From the IMG/VR virus record IMGVR_UViG_3300046791_000324, positions 1-58,320 of that record: a stretch of DNA of 58,320 bases. The stretch is one strand, 5' to 3'. This DNA comes from a virus (Duplodnaviria; Caudoviricetes). The notes under the pieces were generated by a model. It was not told the DNA's origin, searched no databases, and was given only the letters and a program-made list of their open reading frames with translations. Position 1 is the first letter of the stretch; each line of letters opens with the position of its first letter. The translations under genes and the position numbers were made by a program. This document shows, one piece after another, positions 16,648 to 25,890 of this stretch.

Positions 16648-16980
16648 TTAGAAAACCCAGCGGATGGTGACGCTCGACCAGTCGGTTCCGTGGAAGGGCG
16701 AATCGGCGTTGAAGCCGAGGTCCAAAAAGTGGTGGCGCACCCTCTCGGCAGCTTCGTTCACCGCGTATTCAATCTTCGGCAGCAACACGGAGGCTTCCAA
16801 GCTGTTAGAGGAAACGGACACGCTCTCCTGCGGGTCCTCTTCGTGGAAGGCGCTGTCGATTCTAGTCTCCAGCGCGGCAATCCAGTCAGCCGTGAACTGC
16901 TCCACGCGCCGCTCGAACTTCGCTTTGCGCTCGGCCTCTTGCACGTCGTAGCGCGCTTTCATCTCGGCGTAGGTTTTCAT
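16648..16980 (-). CDS. Hypothetical protein
   Basis: ~110-aa ORF in a packed operon. Confidence 0.6.
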   Translation of the reverse strand: MKTYAEMKARYDVQEAERKAKFERRVEQFTADWIAALETRIDSAFHEEDPQESVSVSSNSLEASVLLPKIEYAVNEAAERVRHHFLDLGFNADSPFHGTDWSSVTIRWVF

Positions 16981-16982
16981 TG

Positions 16983-17591
16983 TCACTTGTTCTGGTCACG
17001 GCTGTCCATGATGACTTGGTGAAGTTTGCGGAGCGTGGCGCGAAGGCGCAAAATCTCGTTGTAGTTGTAGTTGTGGTCTCGCATCGCGCGGACCGACTCC
17101 AGCTCGGAGCGCATCGTGTTGCACTCCGTCGCGGTGACGCGGCTGTTGTCGCGATTGGGGTCCAGATGCTGCGTGCAGATGTGGGCCGCGACCAAACAGC
17201 CGGGGTGTAGCTTGTCGATTGCGCGGAGCAGTTCCGACTGGCGGTTGTTACACGCGGTCAGGCTGGCGATGGTGAGTTCCGACTGCGCGATGGTGTTATA
17301 CTTCTCGGCGTTCAAGGCGCGCAGGTCAGCCACGTCCTTCGTCAGGCCGGCGATGACGTTGGTGTTCTCGTCGCGAATCTTCACGAGCCTCTCAGCCGTG
17401 AGCTGGTGCGCGCCATCCGTGTCGGACACCCGCTTCTCAAGCTCTCGGATTTTGTTGGCCTGCCACTCGTTGGTCTTGGTGTAGCTGGCGTTCTGGCGTT
17501 CGAGAGACTCAATCGTAGTCTTCACGTTGTATGAGGCGATTTCAAATTGCTTGATTGCGTTGTTCATGAGCATGAGTCCGGTGAGGAACAT
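16983..17591 (-). CDS. Coiled-coil hypothetical protein
   Basis: Heptad pattern, 202 aa. Confidence 0.6.
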   Translation of the reverse strand: MFLTGLMLMNNAIKQFEIASYNVKTTIESLERQNASYTKTNEWQANKIRELEKRVSDTDGAHQLTAERLVKIRDENTNVIAGLTKDVADLRALNAEKYNTIAQSELTIASLTACNNRQSELLRAIDKLHPGCLVAAHICTQHLDPNRDNSRVTATECNTMRSELESVRAMRDHNYNYNEILRLRATLRKLHQVIMDSRDQNK

Positions 17592-17924
17592 TCAGTCGTT
17601 GCGTTTGAGGAGTGACGTGGGGACGTGCAGGACGGTGACGTGCTTGCCGCTCTCCCCGATGAAAAGCACCTTGCTATCGTCAAAATAAAGCGGGTTGACT
17701 TCGAGGATGACTCCAACGGCTTCGTGGAATAGGCAGGCCTTGATGATGACCCGGTCGCCCTTCTTGAGCGCCGCGGGCGCGGGCTTCTCGACGGGCACCA
17801 CGACGGCGTGGATTTCTTTGGGCGGCGCGTTGAGCAGGGAGCAGCCGTGGAGTATTCCGAAGGCGACACCCATGCTCAGGGCGAAGGTTGCGAGCAGTGC
17901 GAATTTGGTTTTGTTGATGTTCAT
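17592..17924 (-). CDS. Putative lipoprotein with a KOW-like motif
   Basis: Signal peptide ending LHGC; LKKGDRVIIK; preceded by TTGACA...TAGACT. Confidence 0.55.
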   Translation of the reverse strand: MNINKTKFALLATFALSMGVAFGILHGCSLLNAPPKEIHAVVVPVEKPAPAALKKGDRVIIKACLFHEAVGVILEVNPLYFDDSKVLFIGESGKHVTVLHVPTSLLKRND

Positions 17925-18300
17925 TACGGTGGTCAGTCTATCACAGGTTGGCGGTTTGTCAAATAGCAGATGGCGAAAGCGAGGCCGATGCAAAAGGGCG
18001 AGCAGCCGGTGGCCGCCAGGAAGCTAATCACGGCGAGCGTGCTCAAGAGGGTCTTGAGGGCCGGGCTCATCGGCTTGCAGAGTTCGTGTGCCGGCGGGGC
18101 CGGGGGCGCGGGGCGGCTCAGTCCAAAACTTGAGTTCATAATTTGTTGCCTTTGCGGCTGTAGATTTTCTTGCTCTGCCGGACGCGGGTCACGGGTTTCA
18201 GTGCGCCCCAGCTCCGGCGGACCTTGATGTCTTTCTTCTTCACACCCCAATGTCGCACAGCCCGGGAAAAAGTCAAGGCCCACGTCATGCGGGCCCTGCT

Positions 18301-18406
18301 TGGATGCGACCGGGAGGGATTTGAACCCTTGGGTGCTCCTTCACGGACCTACCCAGCGCCTGCAACTTGCCAACCCGGGTCCCCCCGGAGCCAGCTCAGC
18401 CGGTCA
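18301..18406 (-). ncRNA. Stand-alone tRNA-like RNA with the same layout as 13635-13730
   Basis: TGACCGG/CCGGTCG acceptor, hairpin, GTTGCA linker, TGGGT/ACCCA arm, AGGG-TTCAAAT-CCCT T arm; TTGACG...TACTTT upstream. Confidence 0.6.
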
Positions 18407-18800
18407 GGGGAAAAGTAGTCCCGCGGGGTCCCGGGCGTCAAGTCAAGCGGGCCAGTAGAACTCCGGTAGTGCGGGCGCGTAGTCATGCGGACAGGTCGCG
18501 AGTAGGCAGTTTTTTCATGGCGCGGCAACCGCTGAGCGGGGGACCCCCCGCGGAATGCCCCCCTTGGGGGTGGCCCTCGCGCTTTAACGCTAACGCGTGA
18601 GAATCGCGCATCGGCAAAGGCTGCCGACCGCTGCTGTCCTCAGTCTGGACTGTCCGCCTGCCCCTAAGTCGTTGCGTCGCAAGGTCAGCGCGTCATCGGG
18701 CCACACGGATGCGGCATTCTCACGCGTAAGCAGCTCTTGTGCCACGACATATCGTGGGCGCGACACGGTTCGTCCCACTTCTGGGACGCTCGACCTTCGC

Positions 18801-19463
18801 TCAGTCGTCGGCAGAATCTGCCGGGTCTAGGGGATTTGCTGAGGTCTTGTCCCGTGCTTGTGCGGCGTTGCGCCTCTGCACTTCTTCATTCGCCTCAGCG
18901 ATAAGCTGTTGCGTCACGGGCTCAGGCTGTGCGTCTGGATTGGACAGGCTCGCGATGATGGCTGCGTGCAAGTCGTTGCTGCTCGGGCCCTTCTGTCCGT
19001 TGCCGCCTTCGGCCTCGCATCGTTCGGTGATTGTGTCACCGAGGGCTGCGTAAGTCATTCGATGACAGGTCTCAGCGCACGCTGCCATGTCCAGCAAAAA
19101 CTTGGCCGACAACTGCATTCCGCCGTCTCGGGTCCGGACGCAGGCGCGGCTCAGTAGTTCCTCGTTGGTCATGGCCTGGACTTCGGTCAACAGCCTGTTC
19201 ACCTGCTGCCGCAAAACCTGGGCCTGGACAAAGCAGAGAGCACGGTTGGTTGCCCTCTCGAAGTCGCCCGGCTTGCCGCTCTTGGACATCAGCGACACGC
19301 GCCTGATTTTGTCCTGCCATCCTTCAGCCTCGGCCAGCTCCTGAATCTGTTTCGGTTCAAGGTCCAGAGCGTGGGCGGTGCGCTCCACATCTCCGACGAA
19401 GGTCATGTAAGCCAGAAAGGCTTGGCTCACGTCCACCTTGTTCTTGTCCAGTGCTCGGCTCAT
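18801..19463 (-). CDS. Putative terminase small subunit
   Basis: N-terminal HTH-like GDVERTAHALDLEPKQIQELAEAEGW then a helical region; start taken at M(SRALD). Confidence 0.5.
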   Translation of the reverse strand: MSRALDKNKVDVSQAFLAYMTFVGDVERTAHALDLEPKQIQELAEAEGWQDKIRRVSLMSKSGKPGDFERATNRALCFVQAQVLRQQVNRLLTEVQAMTNEELLSRACVRTRDGGMQLSAKFLLDMAACAETCHRMTYAALGDTITERCEAEGGNGQKGPSSNDLHAAIIASLSNPDAQPEPVTQQLIAEANEEVQRRNAAQARDKTSANPLDPADSADD

Positions 19464-19654
19464 GTCTCGATGTCTCCGCCTCTGGTCTCGTCCGTGGCCT
19501 TCGGCTGTGGCTTGTTCTGGTTCCACCATTCCCGCCTCGCGGCGAGCCGGCGCACGCGCTTGGTCTGGGCATACAGCTCCTTCGCGCGTTCGGATGAGCC
19601 GGTGAATAGGTTGGCCTCGTGGTCTTCGGGGCTGTCTTGCGGTGGCAGTGGCAC
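19460..19654 (-). CDS. Hypothetical protein
   Basis: GTG 4 nt after class-II motif TTGACA-N17-CTTGTT (19659-19687). Confidence 0.5.
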   Translation of the reverse strand: MPLPPQDSPEDHEANLFTGSSERAKELYAQTKRVRRLAARREWWNQNKPQPKATDETRGGDIET

Positions 19655-19745
19655 TCTGAACAAGTGCGCCAGCCGGCGCTATGTCAAAAGGAAAAGTGCC
19701 CACAGCCCGCCCGAGTTCCGTTTGACCTGATGTCCTTGTGCCATC

Positions 19746-19910
19746 TGTCCACGATGTCACTGACACTCTTTGTTTTTCGTCACCAACTCTTAGGAACCCT
19801 CTCAGCATACACATTCACATATATATTTAATTCCCGTGTAATAGAATAAACTGAGAGGGTTCCTAAGACTACATGACGAAAAACAAAGAGTGTCAGTTAC
19901 ACCGTGGACA
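19746..19910. repeat. ~60-bp imperfect inverted repeat around a 45-nt AT-rich spacer; putative origin at the strand switch
   Basis: Arms 19746-19805 and 19851-19910 with perfect blocks ACTGACACTCTTTGTTTTTCGTCA and TCTTAGGAACCCTCTCAG. Confidence 0.85.
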
Positions 19911-20845
19911 AGCTGCGCCTGCTGACGCAAATGCCTGGGTTGACACTGTGGTCATTTGTCACATATCTTTGGGGCGTGCAAAAGTCCTACCGTCACACCT
20001 ACTGGTCGCTCGGGTCGCAGAAGACTCCATACCACTTTCGCTTTTCCATCAGCTCCGACGTGTTCCGTCAGTCCAATGGGCCTGGGCGTCCTGCTGGCGT
20101 GTTCAACGCTGACTGCTACGGCATCACGCCACAAGACCCGAACGAGAAGCGCACGCTGGTGAAGCTGAGTGAAGACCCGAACACGGCAAAGCGTTTTCCT
20201 TTGGCCACTGCGTTCACGTCTCGTGAGCAGGCCGCACTCGAATGCGATTTTTGGAAGCTGGTCCTGGCCCGCAAGTTTTTCCTCATCATCCCATTCTCTC
20301 ACGGCACAGAGAAGGAATACGTGGACGCTGCACGCATGGCGATGCAGGAGCCCTACGACAGGCTCGAAGACGAGAAGCAATGGTCTCATGAGCTGCTGGA
20401 CTTCATCAACGAGCACAGCGCGCAGTTGTATCAGCACCGTGATGCACACAAGCCCGAGCTGGACCTCGACGAGTGGATGCGCGTTGCCAAGTCGCGCAAC
20501 AACTGGCAGCTCGGCCTCTGGGTTGCACAGGTGAAGAACGCACAGGCTGAGCTGGCCGCAATCCCGAACACGGATGCGCTGGTCACGCTCGCGCGTTCTC
20601 TGTCACGCATCAGCACCAAGGGCATCCCAACGCTGGACAGGCGCTCAGAGTTTTCGTCCGTGTTCGCCGGCATTCACAACGGCGTGCTGAACACAGCCGC
20701 TCTGCTGATTGAATGCGAGGACGCAACCAAGGCCGTCGAACGCGCGCGACGCAAGGCCGAGGCCACGCTCGCGAACCTAATCAACTCACGACCGTCTGCT
20801 GATTTGACCAGCGACCAGCCGATGGTTTTTCAAGCGGACGCATGA
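19904..20845 (+). CDS. Hypothetical protein (weak AP2-like segment AFTSREQAA)
   Basis: 313-aa ORF, first rightward gene; GTG lies in the right repeat arm. Confidence 0.65.
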   Translation: MDKLRLLTQMPGLTLWSFVTYLWGVQKSYRHTYWSLGSQKTPYHFRFSISSDVFRQSNGPGRPAGVFNADCYGITPQDPNEKRTLVKLSEDPNTAKRFPLATAFTSREQAALECDFWKLVLARKFFLIIPFSHGTEKEYVDAARMAMQEPYDRLEDEKQWSHELLDFINEHSAQLYQHRDAHKPELDLDEWMRVAKSRNNWQLGLWVAQVKNAQAELAAIPNTDALVTLARSLSRISTKGIPTLDRRSEFSSVFAGIHNGVLNTAALLIECEDATKAVERARRKAEATLANLINSRPSADLTSDQPMVFQADA

Positions 20846-21201
20846 AATACATCACGCGCAAGAAACGCGGGACCACGACGCACGCTGTGTTCATGCTGGG
20901 CGTGAAGCGCGACTACGACAAGCACTGGACCTGGATGTGCGACGGACACTCTGACCCTCTGTGCTATTGGCGCAAGACAAGCTGCCGAGAGTATCACCTG
21001 GGCTTCATCTCAATCTGGTTCACACGACAACAGTATTGGATTGAGACCAGCTACCACGAATTTCATCCGGCTTTTCCGCCGGGCTTGAACACGCCACCAC
21101 CGTCGTGCCAGTGCGACAAGAACCCAATCGCTTGCGGCGAGTATTGCACTCGCTGCTGGCCCAAACACAATGAGCAAAAACAGCAAAAAGCAAACGGGTA
21201 A
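20842..21201 (+). CDS. Hypothetical Cys/Trp-rich protein
   Basis: ATGA overlap with the upstream gene. Confidence 0.55.
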   Translation: MKYITRKKRGTTTHAVFMLGVKRDYDKHWTWMCDGHSDPLCYWRKTSCREYHLGFISIWFTRQQYWIETSYHEFHPAFPPGLNTPPPSCQCDKNPIACGEYCTRCWPKHNEQKQQKANG

Positions 21202-21694
21202 AACCCACACTCATCGACCTCTGCACCCGACGGCGGCGAACATCGACAGCATCAAGAGCCAGTTCGTGCAGCACATCAGCAACAAGGTTGTTGTGCAGGG
21301 TGCGAACCTTGACCCGAAGGCACCGGAGAAAGAAGTGAGCGATGAACAGTTGCACAAGGAGGCCGAGCAGCAACGCTTTTACACCTTCCCGAGTGGGCTC
21401 ATCTGCGAGTGGGTCAGCAATCCCGCGCGCCCTGGCATCTATGTGATTGTGGTGAACCTCGAAGAGGACGCCACCAAGGAACCACGCCCTGGCTTCTTTG
21501 CGACATGCCGGCAGCCTGAGGTTGCTCAGATGCTCTGCGACGGCGTCAACTTTTTGATGAAGTGTCAGAAGCAGATGGCCGAGGTTGGTGCAGGAGAAGA
21601 GTTGAAGCCGACAATCCTCGGGCCCGTTGTTCTGCCCGCTGCAGCGCAGATGCCCGCCTCAGTTGACGACAGCACTCCGACTGACCTACGCTGA
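21170..21694 (+). CDS. Hypothetical protein
   Basis: 174-aa ORF. Confidence 0.65.
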   Translation: MSKNSKKQTGKTHTHRPLHPTAANIDSIKSQFVQHISNKVVVQGANLDPKAPEKEVSDEQLHKEAEQQRFYTFPSGLICEWVSNPARPGIYVIVVNLEEDATKEPRPGFFATCRQPEVAQMLCDGVNFLMKCQKQMAEVGAGEELKPTILGPVVLPAAAQMPASVDDSTPTDLR

Positions 21695-21715
21695 GCCTAA
21701 CAACATCGCGAAACT

Positions 21716-22204
21716 ATGAACCCGAACGACCAGTTTATGCACGACGCTCTGCGAGAATTAAATCTCTTACCGCATCGACCCATGAACGCACAACAACGCT
21801 TCCAACAACACCTGCGTCACGCGCAGGACCAGTTCGGTGAACAGCCGAAGATGCCTTACCTCTGCGTGGTAGGCTCACACGACTTCGACGAGTTGAAGGC
21901 CGAGCTGTTGAAGCACACCGAATTCCTGGCGATGCATGAGCGCATCGCTCGTCGGCTCTCCAATGACTGGGACCCTTTCAACACGAGCTGTGCAAACTTC
22001 GCGCAGTTCAAGGAGAATGTCGAGCAGGAGGAGTTCACGCGAGAGCTGATGGAGAACGAGACGGCTGCGTCCTCGCCACTTGTCGCCGAAGCACAGGCCG
22101 CGATGGACCCGATACAGCGCAAGAGCCTCACGGACTATTTTCTCTACTGCGGTTGCCACTGCTTCCGCTCACTCAACGAGCCTCGCGGCTTTTGGTTCGC
22201 ATGA
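21716..22204 (+). CDS. Hypothetical protein
   Basis: 162-aa ORF. Confidence 0.65.
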   Translation: MNPNDQFMHDALRELNLLPHRPMNAQQRFQQHLRHAQDQFGEQPKMPYLCVVGSHDFDELKAELLKHTEFLAMHERIARRLSNDWDPFNTSCANFAQFKENVEQEEFTRELMENETAASSPLVAEAQAAMDPIQRKSLTDYFLYCGCHCFRSLNEPRGFWFA

Positions 22205-22306
22205 GTATGCTGCTGAAAATTCTGATTGTCGGCCTCGCCCTCACTTACCTGCTCTGCAAGCTGACCGAGTGGCTACAAACTTTTTGATATGGCACACAAG
22301 ACTGGA

Positions 22307-22447
22307 ATGATGGGCAACCAACGAGAGTTTGGTTTGCATGGTGGGCCCGGCAAGGGCAGCAAGACGCGCGTCAAAGACACCAAGAAGTTCAACGAGAATT
22401 ACGACGCCATCAACTGGGGCCCCAAGAAAAAGAAATCGACACCATGA
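22307..22447 (+). CDS. Small basic phage protein (GKGSK...KKFNENYDAI motif)
   Basis: Manual translation; motif seen in small phage ORFs. Confidence 0.55.
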   Translation: MMGNQREFGLHGGPGKGSKTRVKDTKKFNENYDAINWGPKKKKSTP

Positions 22448-22650
22448 ACCAGCCGCAACCACCGAAGGGCCTCGATGAAGATGTCGAACCATGCGCGCGC
22501 AAAGTTGCCGGCGTCGTGTGCTACAAGTGCAAGACCGACATCATGTGGGATGGGCGACAGGCTCTGTGGTGCAACAACCAGGAGTGCGAGCGGTGCGGAG
22601 TTGTGTGTTGGAACGCCGACCTGCGTGAGACCCTCGAAATATCGTCATAA
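22444..22650 (+). CDS. Small zinc-finger protein
   Basis: CYKC...WD...WCNNQEC; resembles 45778-45909. Confidence 0.55.
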   Translation: MNQPQPPKGLDEDVEPCARKVAGVVCYKCKTDIMWDGRQALWCNNQECERCGVVCWNADLRETLEISS

Positions 22651-22733
22651 CCGCGGCGTGCCGCCCGGCTGGTGGAACTGGTTTGCATTAGCGGCGCTTG
22701 TCGTTTGGCTCATAGATAAGATTCTACACTTTT

Positions 22734-23000
22734 ATGGACGGTGACATCAGAGACAGTTATCACGACGCGGAGATTTCAGAACTCCGCACGAACGCCGATT
22801 GTGAGCGCCAAGGCCGCCACGCGCTGGAGATTGCAATCAAGATGCACTGCCGTGGCCAGATGATTCCGGACGAGATTGCGCGCTATGCCCGCACGGAGTG
22901 TGTGAACCTCAACCGAGATTTGCTTTTCAGCAAGGGCATCGACCCGGGCCCCATCAAGGGCAGGCTGGAAGACTACCGACAGAGAGAGCTGCCACTATGA
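22734..23000 (+). CDS. Hypothetical protein
   Basis: 88-aa ORF. Confidence 0.55.
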   Translation: MDGDIRDSYHDAEISELRTNADCERQGRHALEIAIKMHCRGQMIPDEIARYARTECVNLNRDLLFSKGIDPGPIKGRLEDYRQRELPL

Positions 23001-23180
23001 CCGAAGCAAAAAGACTCTCTCAGCTCGTCATCAAGTTTTTGGCCAACCGCAAGGGCTTCGACGACTGGTGGGACACCATCGACAAGCCTACCCGGGCCGA
23101 GCTGGAGGCTGACCTTGAGGAGCTGCTGGCCAACACCATCCCCGAGCATCCCCTACCCACGAAGAAGTAGTTCCGCACAC

Positions 23181-23208
23181 TTGCACTTCTGCCCCGCCGT
23201 GGTATCTT
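23181..23208 (+). promoter_or_regulatory. Early promoter: TTGCAC, 16-nt spacer ending TGG, TATCTT (leaderless)
   Basis: ATG 6 nt after the -10. Confidence 0.7.
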
Positions 23209-23214
23209 AGGGGC

Positions 23215-23457
23215 ATGAAGAACAAGAACAGTTTCACCAAGTCCGACCTCTGGGCCAGCGTTGTGTTCGCGGGCTTCGACGGTGGCAGCTACAGCGCCAT
23301 CATCGTCGAGGTCAATCTCCAGAACCCGCCCTCTGTGCGCGTAGTTTACTTTCCGACGGGCCCGCAGCAGCCGGTGTTCGCCACCCTCATCAAGGCCGAC
23401 TGGGCTCGCCTCACCCGGTTCGGTGCCGACAAGTTCCTGGCCCCGGAGGTCCTGTGA
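23215..23457 (+). CDS. Early hypothetical protein
   Basis: Directly after the promoter. Confidence 0.7.
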   Translation: MKNKNSFTKSDLWASVVFAGFDGGSYSAIIVEVNLQNPPSVRVVYFPTGPQQPVFATLIKADWARLTRFGADKFLAPEVL

Positions 23458-23548
23458 ATAAGCTCGACCGCGAAATCCTTCTCACCGTAATCACCTGCGC
23501 CATCTGGGCCTACGTCCTGGCCCACGCGTTCGCTCTACTCTGCAACCC

Positions 23549-23917
23549 ATGAAAATCCGCTACCACGTCGCCGTCAACAACCGCCTGCAACGCTCCGTCG
23601 TGGAGCTTGATGTAAACGGGCCCCTCGCCCGCCGCATCGTCCACTTTGTCCGACCTGAGGACGGCTCGCCTTTGCGCGACCTGGAGACCCCGCTGTGGCA
23701 AGAGTATTTCCCTGGCTTCCACGACTATCACCACGTTGATAGCAAGCGCGCCGCTGAGCTGGAGAAGGCCTTCGTCGCCGAGGTCATCGCGAACGCAAAC
23801 CACCCGGCACCGATGAAGGATGAACTCGGAGCCTGGAAGGGCGAGCGCGACGCCGCGCTGACCTTGGAGGACTGCCTGCTTTTCCCGAAACCCTGCCGGC
23901 AGCCCTACAACACGTAG
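23549..23917 (+). CDS. Early hypothetical protein
   Basis: 122-aa ORF. Confidence 0.6.
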   Translation: MKIRYHVAVNNRLQRSVVELDVNGPLARRIVHFVRPEDGSPLRDLETPLWQEYFPGFHDYHHVDSKRAAELEKAFVAEVIANANHPAPMKDELGAWKGERDAALTLEDCLLFPKPCRQPYNT

Positions 23918-23955
23918 TTTTACGGTGTTGCACAATCCTGGCCCCGTGGTATCTT
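23912..23955 (+). promoter_or_regulatory. Early promoter cassette with upstream palindrome
   Basis: ACGTA-GTTT-TACGG, TTGCAC-N16-TATCTT, ATG at 23961. Confidence 0.75.
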
Positions 23956-23960
23956 ACACC

Positions 23961-24149
23961 ATGAAGAAAATCTCGCTCACAACGCTGACCCCGGGGACCG
24001 AAGTCACTGTGATGAACTGCGCGACCACGGGTCGCATCATTCGTCGGACCCGCATGGGCTGTTACATCGTGGCCTTCAAAGGCGTCGAAATCGAGATGCA
24101 GCGGAGCAAGCACAACCTCATCCCATTGGGCCAGAAAACCAACTACTAA
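23961..24149 (+). CDS. Early hypothetical protein
   Basis: Leaderless ATG after the cassette. Confidence 0.6.
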   Translation: MKKISLTTLTPGTEVTVMNCATTGRIIRRTRMGCYIVAFKGVEIEMQRSKHNLIPLGQKTNY

Positions 24150-24153
24150 CACC

Positions 24154-24588
24154 ATGAACGACATCGACAAAGCTGTGAACGAAATCACCACACCCAAGCC
24201 CCTCCGCCCCGTGGCCGTCGGCGACATCTTCGAGATGTCCTGGGGCTACGACCAGACCAACGTCAACTACTTCGAGGTCACGCGCCTGAGCAAGTCCGGC
24301 GTGTTCGTCCGCGAGATTGGAGCCAAGTCCGTGCCCGGCACGCAGGGATTCATGTGCGAGACCGTCAAGCCCGCACCCGGCAACTTCCTGGACCGCTCCC
24401 AGTGGTGCGTCAAGCGCACCTGGAACGCCGCCGGCAACATCCCCACGGGCGAGACCAAGGGCAACCCCGAAGTGTTCCGCAAGGTTTACCAGAGCACCAG
24501 CGGCGAGCCCAGCTTCACCTTTTCGGGCCGCTACTTCGCGCGCCGCATCAAGGCGGACGAGTCCACGTATTCCTCCTGGTATGCTTGA
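24154..24588 (+). CDS. Phage hypothetical protein (GDIF..SWGYDQTNV.YF.V motif)
   Basis: Recognisable SWGYDQTN motif, C-terminal SSWYA. Confidence 0.75.
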   Translation: MNDIDKAVNEITTPKPLRPVAVGDIFEMSWGYDQTNVNYFEVTRLSKSGVFVREIGAKSVPGTQGFMCETVKPAPGNFLDRSQWCVKRTWNAAGNIPTGETKGNPEVFRKVYQSTSGEPSFTFSGRYFARRIKADESTYSSWYA

Positions 24589-24632
24589 CCGTAGTTCCTC
24601 GGGCTTGCAATCCGGCAGGCCCGTGGTATCTT
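24589..24632 (+). promoter_or_regulatory. Early promoter cassette (degenerate palindrome)
   Basis: CCGTAGTTCCTCGG, TTGCAA-N16-TATCTT, ATG at 24638. Confidence 0.65.
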
Positions 24633-24637
24633 TTCCC

Positions 24638-24868
24638 ATGAAGGAAATTAACAAGTTGCAGTGGTCCTCCAACGGAGAGTCGTATCACACACACGCGCAC
24701 GGTTTTCGGCTGGCCACTTCTGCAACGGCCTACCGTTTTCGCAAACTGGTGCGGGTGCCCTTTTATGATACCGCGAACACCCCAAGAGGGTCAACGTATC
24801 TAGAGGTCGATTCAACGCCCGCACCGCCTTCTGCAAACGGCTTGCTGGCCTATATTCCCCGCGCCTGA
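24638..24868 (+). CDS. Early hypothetical protein
   Basis: Leaderless ATG after the cassette. Confidence 0.55.
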   Translation: MKEINKLQWSSNGESYHTHAHGFRLATSATAYRFRKLVRVPFYDTANTPRGSTYLEVDSTPAPPSANGLLAYIPRA

Positions 24869-24916
24869 CAAATAAAAACCCCTTGCGGCCCTCGCCGACC
24901 TGTGATACCTTATCCC

Positions 24917-25156
24917 ATGAGTGAAACATTCGCCAAAATCGAAACCCTGGTCCCCATCACGCCGATTGTCCGCGCGGACGACGGCAGCCGCTGGCTTCAA
25001 ATCTCCATCCCGGAGGGCTGGGACGACGTGAAAAAAATCTGCAAGAAGGTCCTCTCGTTCGAGGGCCGCACCTACACGTTCCGCTCGTGGAACAGCGACA
25101 CCCTGCTGTGCCACTTCCGCGAGGATGGCAACGTCGCCCGCATCGTCAAACGCTAA
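24917..25156 (+). CDS. Early hypothetical protein
   Basis: After TTGCGG-N17-TACCTT (24883-24911). Confidence 0.65.
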   Translation: MSETFAKIETLVPITPIVRADDGSRWLQISIPEGWDDVKKICKKVLSFEGRTYTFRSWNSDTLLCHFREDGNVARIVKR

Positions 25157-25167
25157 CCTAACACCTT

Positions 25168-25599
25168 ATGGCTAAACTATCTGCACACGGTCGCGAGCTG
25201 GCTCGCTTTGAATACGCAACGTCCCGCGTCGCCTACTTCGAGGACGGCAAAATCCTCCGCAACTGCGGCGACGGCTGGAAACGCTGGAAGAAAGTCAAGG
25301 CCGGCTTGGATGTGGCCGCCGTGGTCGAAACGCGCAAGGCTGGCCACGCCCAGTTTTTGCACGACTGCCCGAACTGGGCCCATTTCATCAAGCTGATGAA
25401 GGCCTGCGGCAGCCTGGAGAAGCGCGGCCTGCTGCTGTGCCTCATCGAGATGATGCCCGACGACCCGGACGGCATCTGGGTGGGCGCGGTCGACGACCTT
25501 GACCTGGGCCTGACCTTGGAAGACATCGTGGACCTGTGCGACAGCTACAAAACCGGCACGCAGGAGCGCCAGGAGCGCGCCGCGCGCCTCAAGAAGTAA
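25168..25599 (+). CDS. Early hypothetical protein
   Basis: 143 aa, phage-like codon bias. Confidence 0.7.
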   Translation: MAKLSAHGRELARFEYATSRVAYFEDGKILRNCGDGWKRWKKVKAGLDVAAVVETRKAGHAQFLHDCPNWAHFIKLMKACGSLEKRGLLLCLIEMMPDDPDGIWVGAVDDLDLGLTLEDIVDLCDSYKTGTQERQERAARLKK

Positions 25600-25604
25600 T
25601 TGCC

Positions 25605-25847
25605 ATGACTGACGAGACCGCCAAACTTTTCCGCAGCATCGTCGAGGACCTCCCGAACTGGACAGGCACGACGCCCTGCTTCAACCACCTGAACGCCGCG
25701 CGCCGCGGGAACCTGACCGACCTGAAAAAGCTCGGGCTGGTCACCACCTTCCGCAGCGACGGCGACGACTGGATTGAACTGACGCCGGCAGGAGAGGACC
25801 GGGCCCGCGAGCTGGGCCTGGAGAAATACCTGCCCTCCAAACCGTAG
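25605..25847 (+). CDS. Winged-helix-like small protein
   Basis: RGNLTDLKKLGLV...WIELTPAG wing pattern. Confidence 0.55.
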   Translation: MTDETAKLFRSIVEDLPNWTGTTPCFNHLNAARRGNLTDLKKLGLVTTFRSDGDDWIELTPAGEDRARELGLEKYLPSKP

Positions 25848-25885
25848 AACTACGGGGTTGCACTCTGGCCGCCGTGTGGTATCTT
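25842..25885 (+). promoter_or_regulatory. Early promoter cassette with perfect palindrome CCGTAG-AA-CTACGG
   Basis: TTGCAC-N16-TATCTT, ATG at 25891. Confidence 0.75.
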
Positions 25886-25890
25886 ACACC

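Noticed and set aside
19464-19814. Upstream extension of the putative TerS ORF
   Set aside because: Runs through the inverted repeat, a promoter and another small gene; ATG 19463 with an ATGA overlap is preferred
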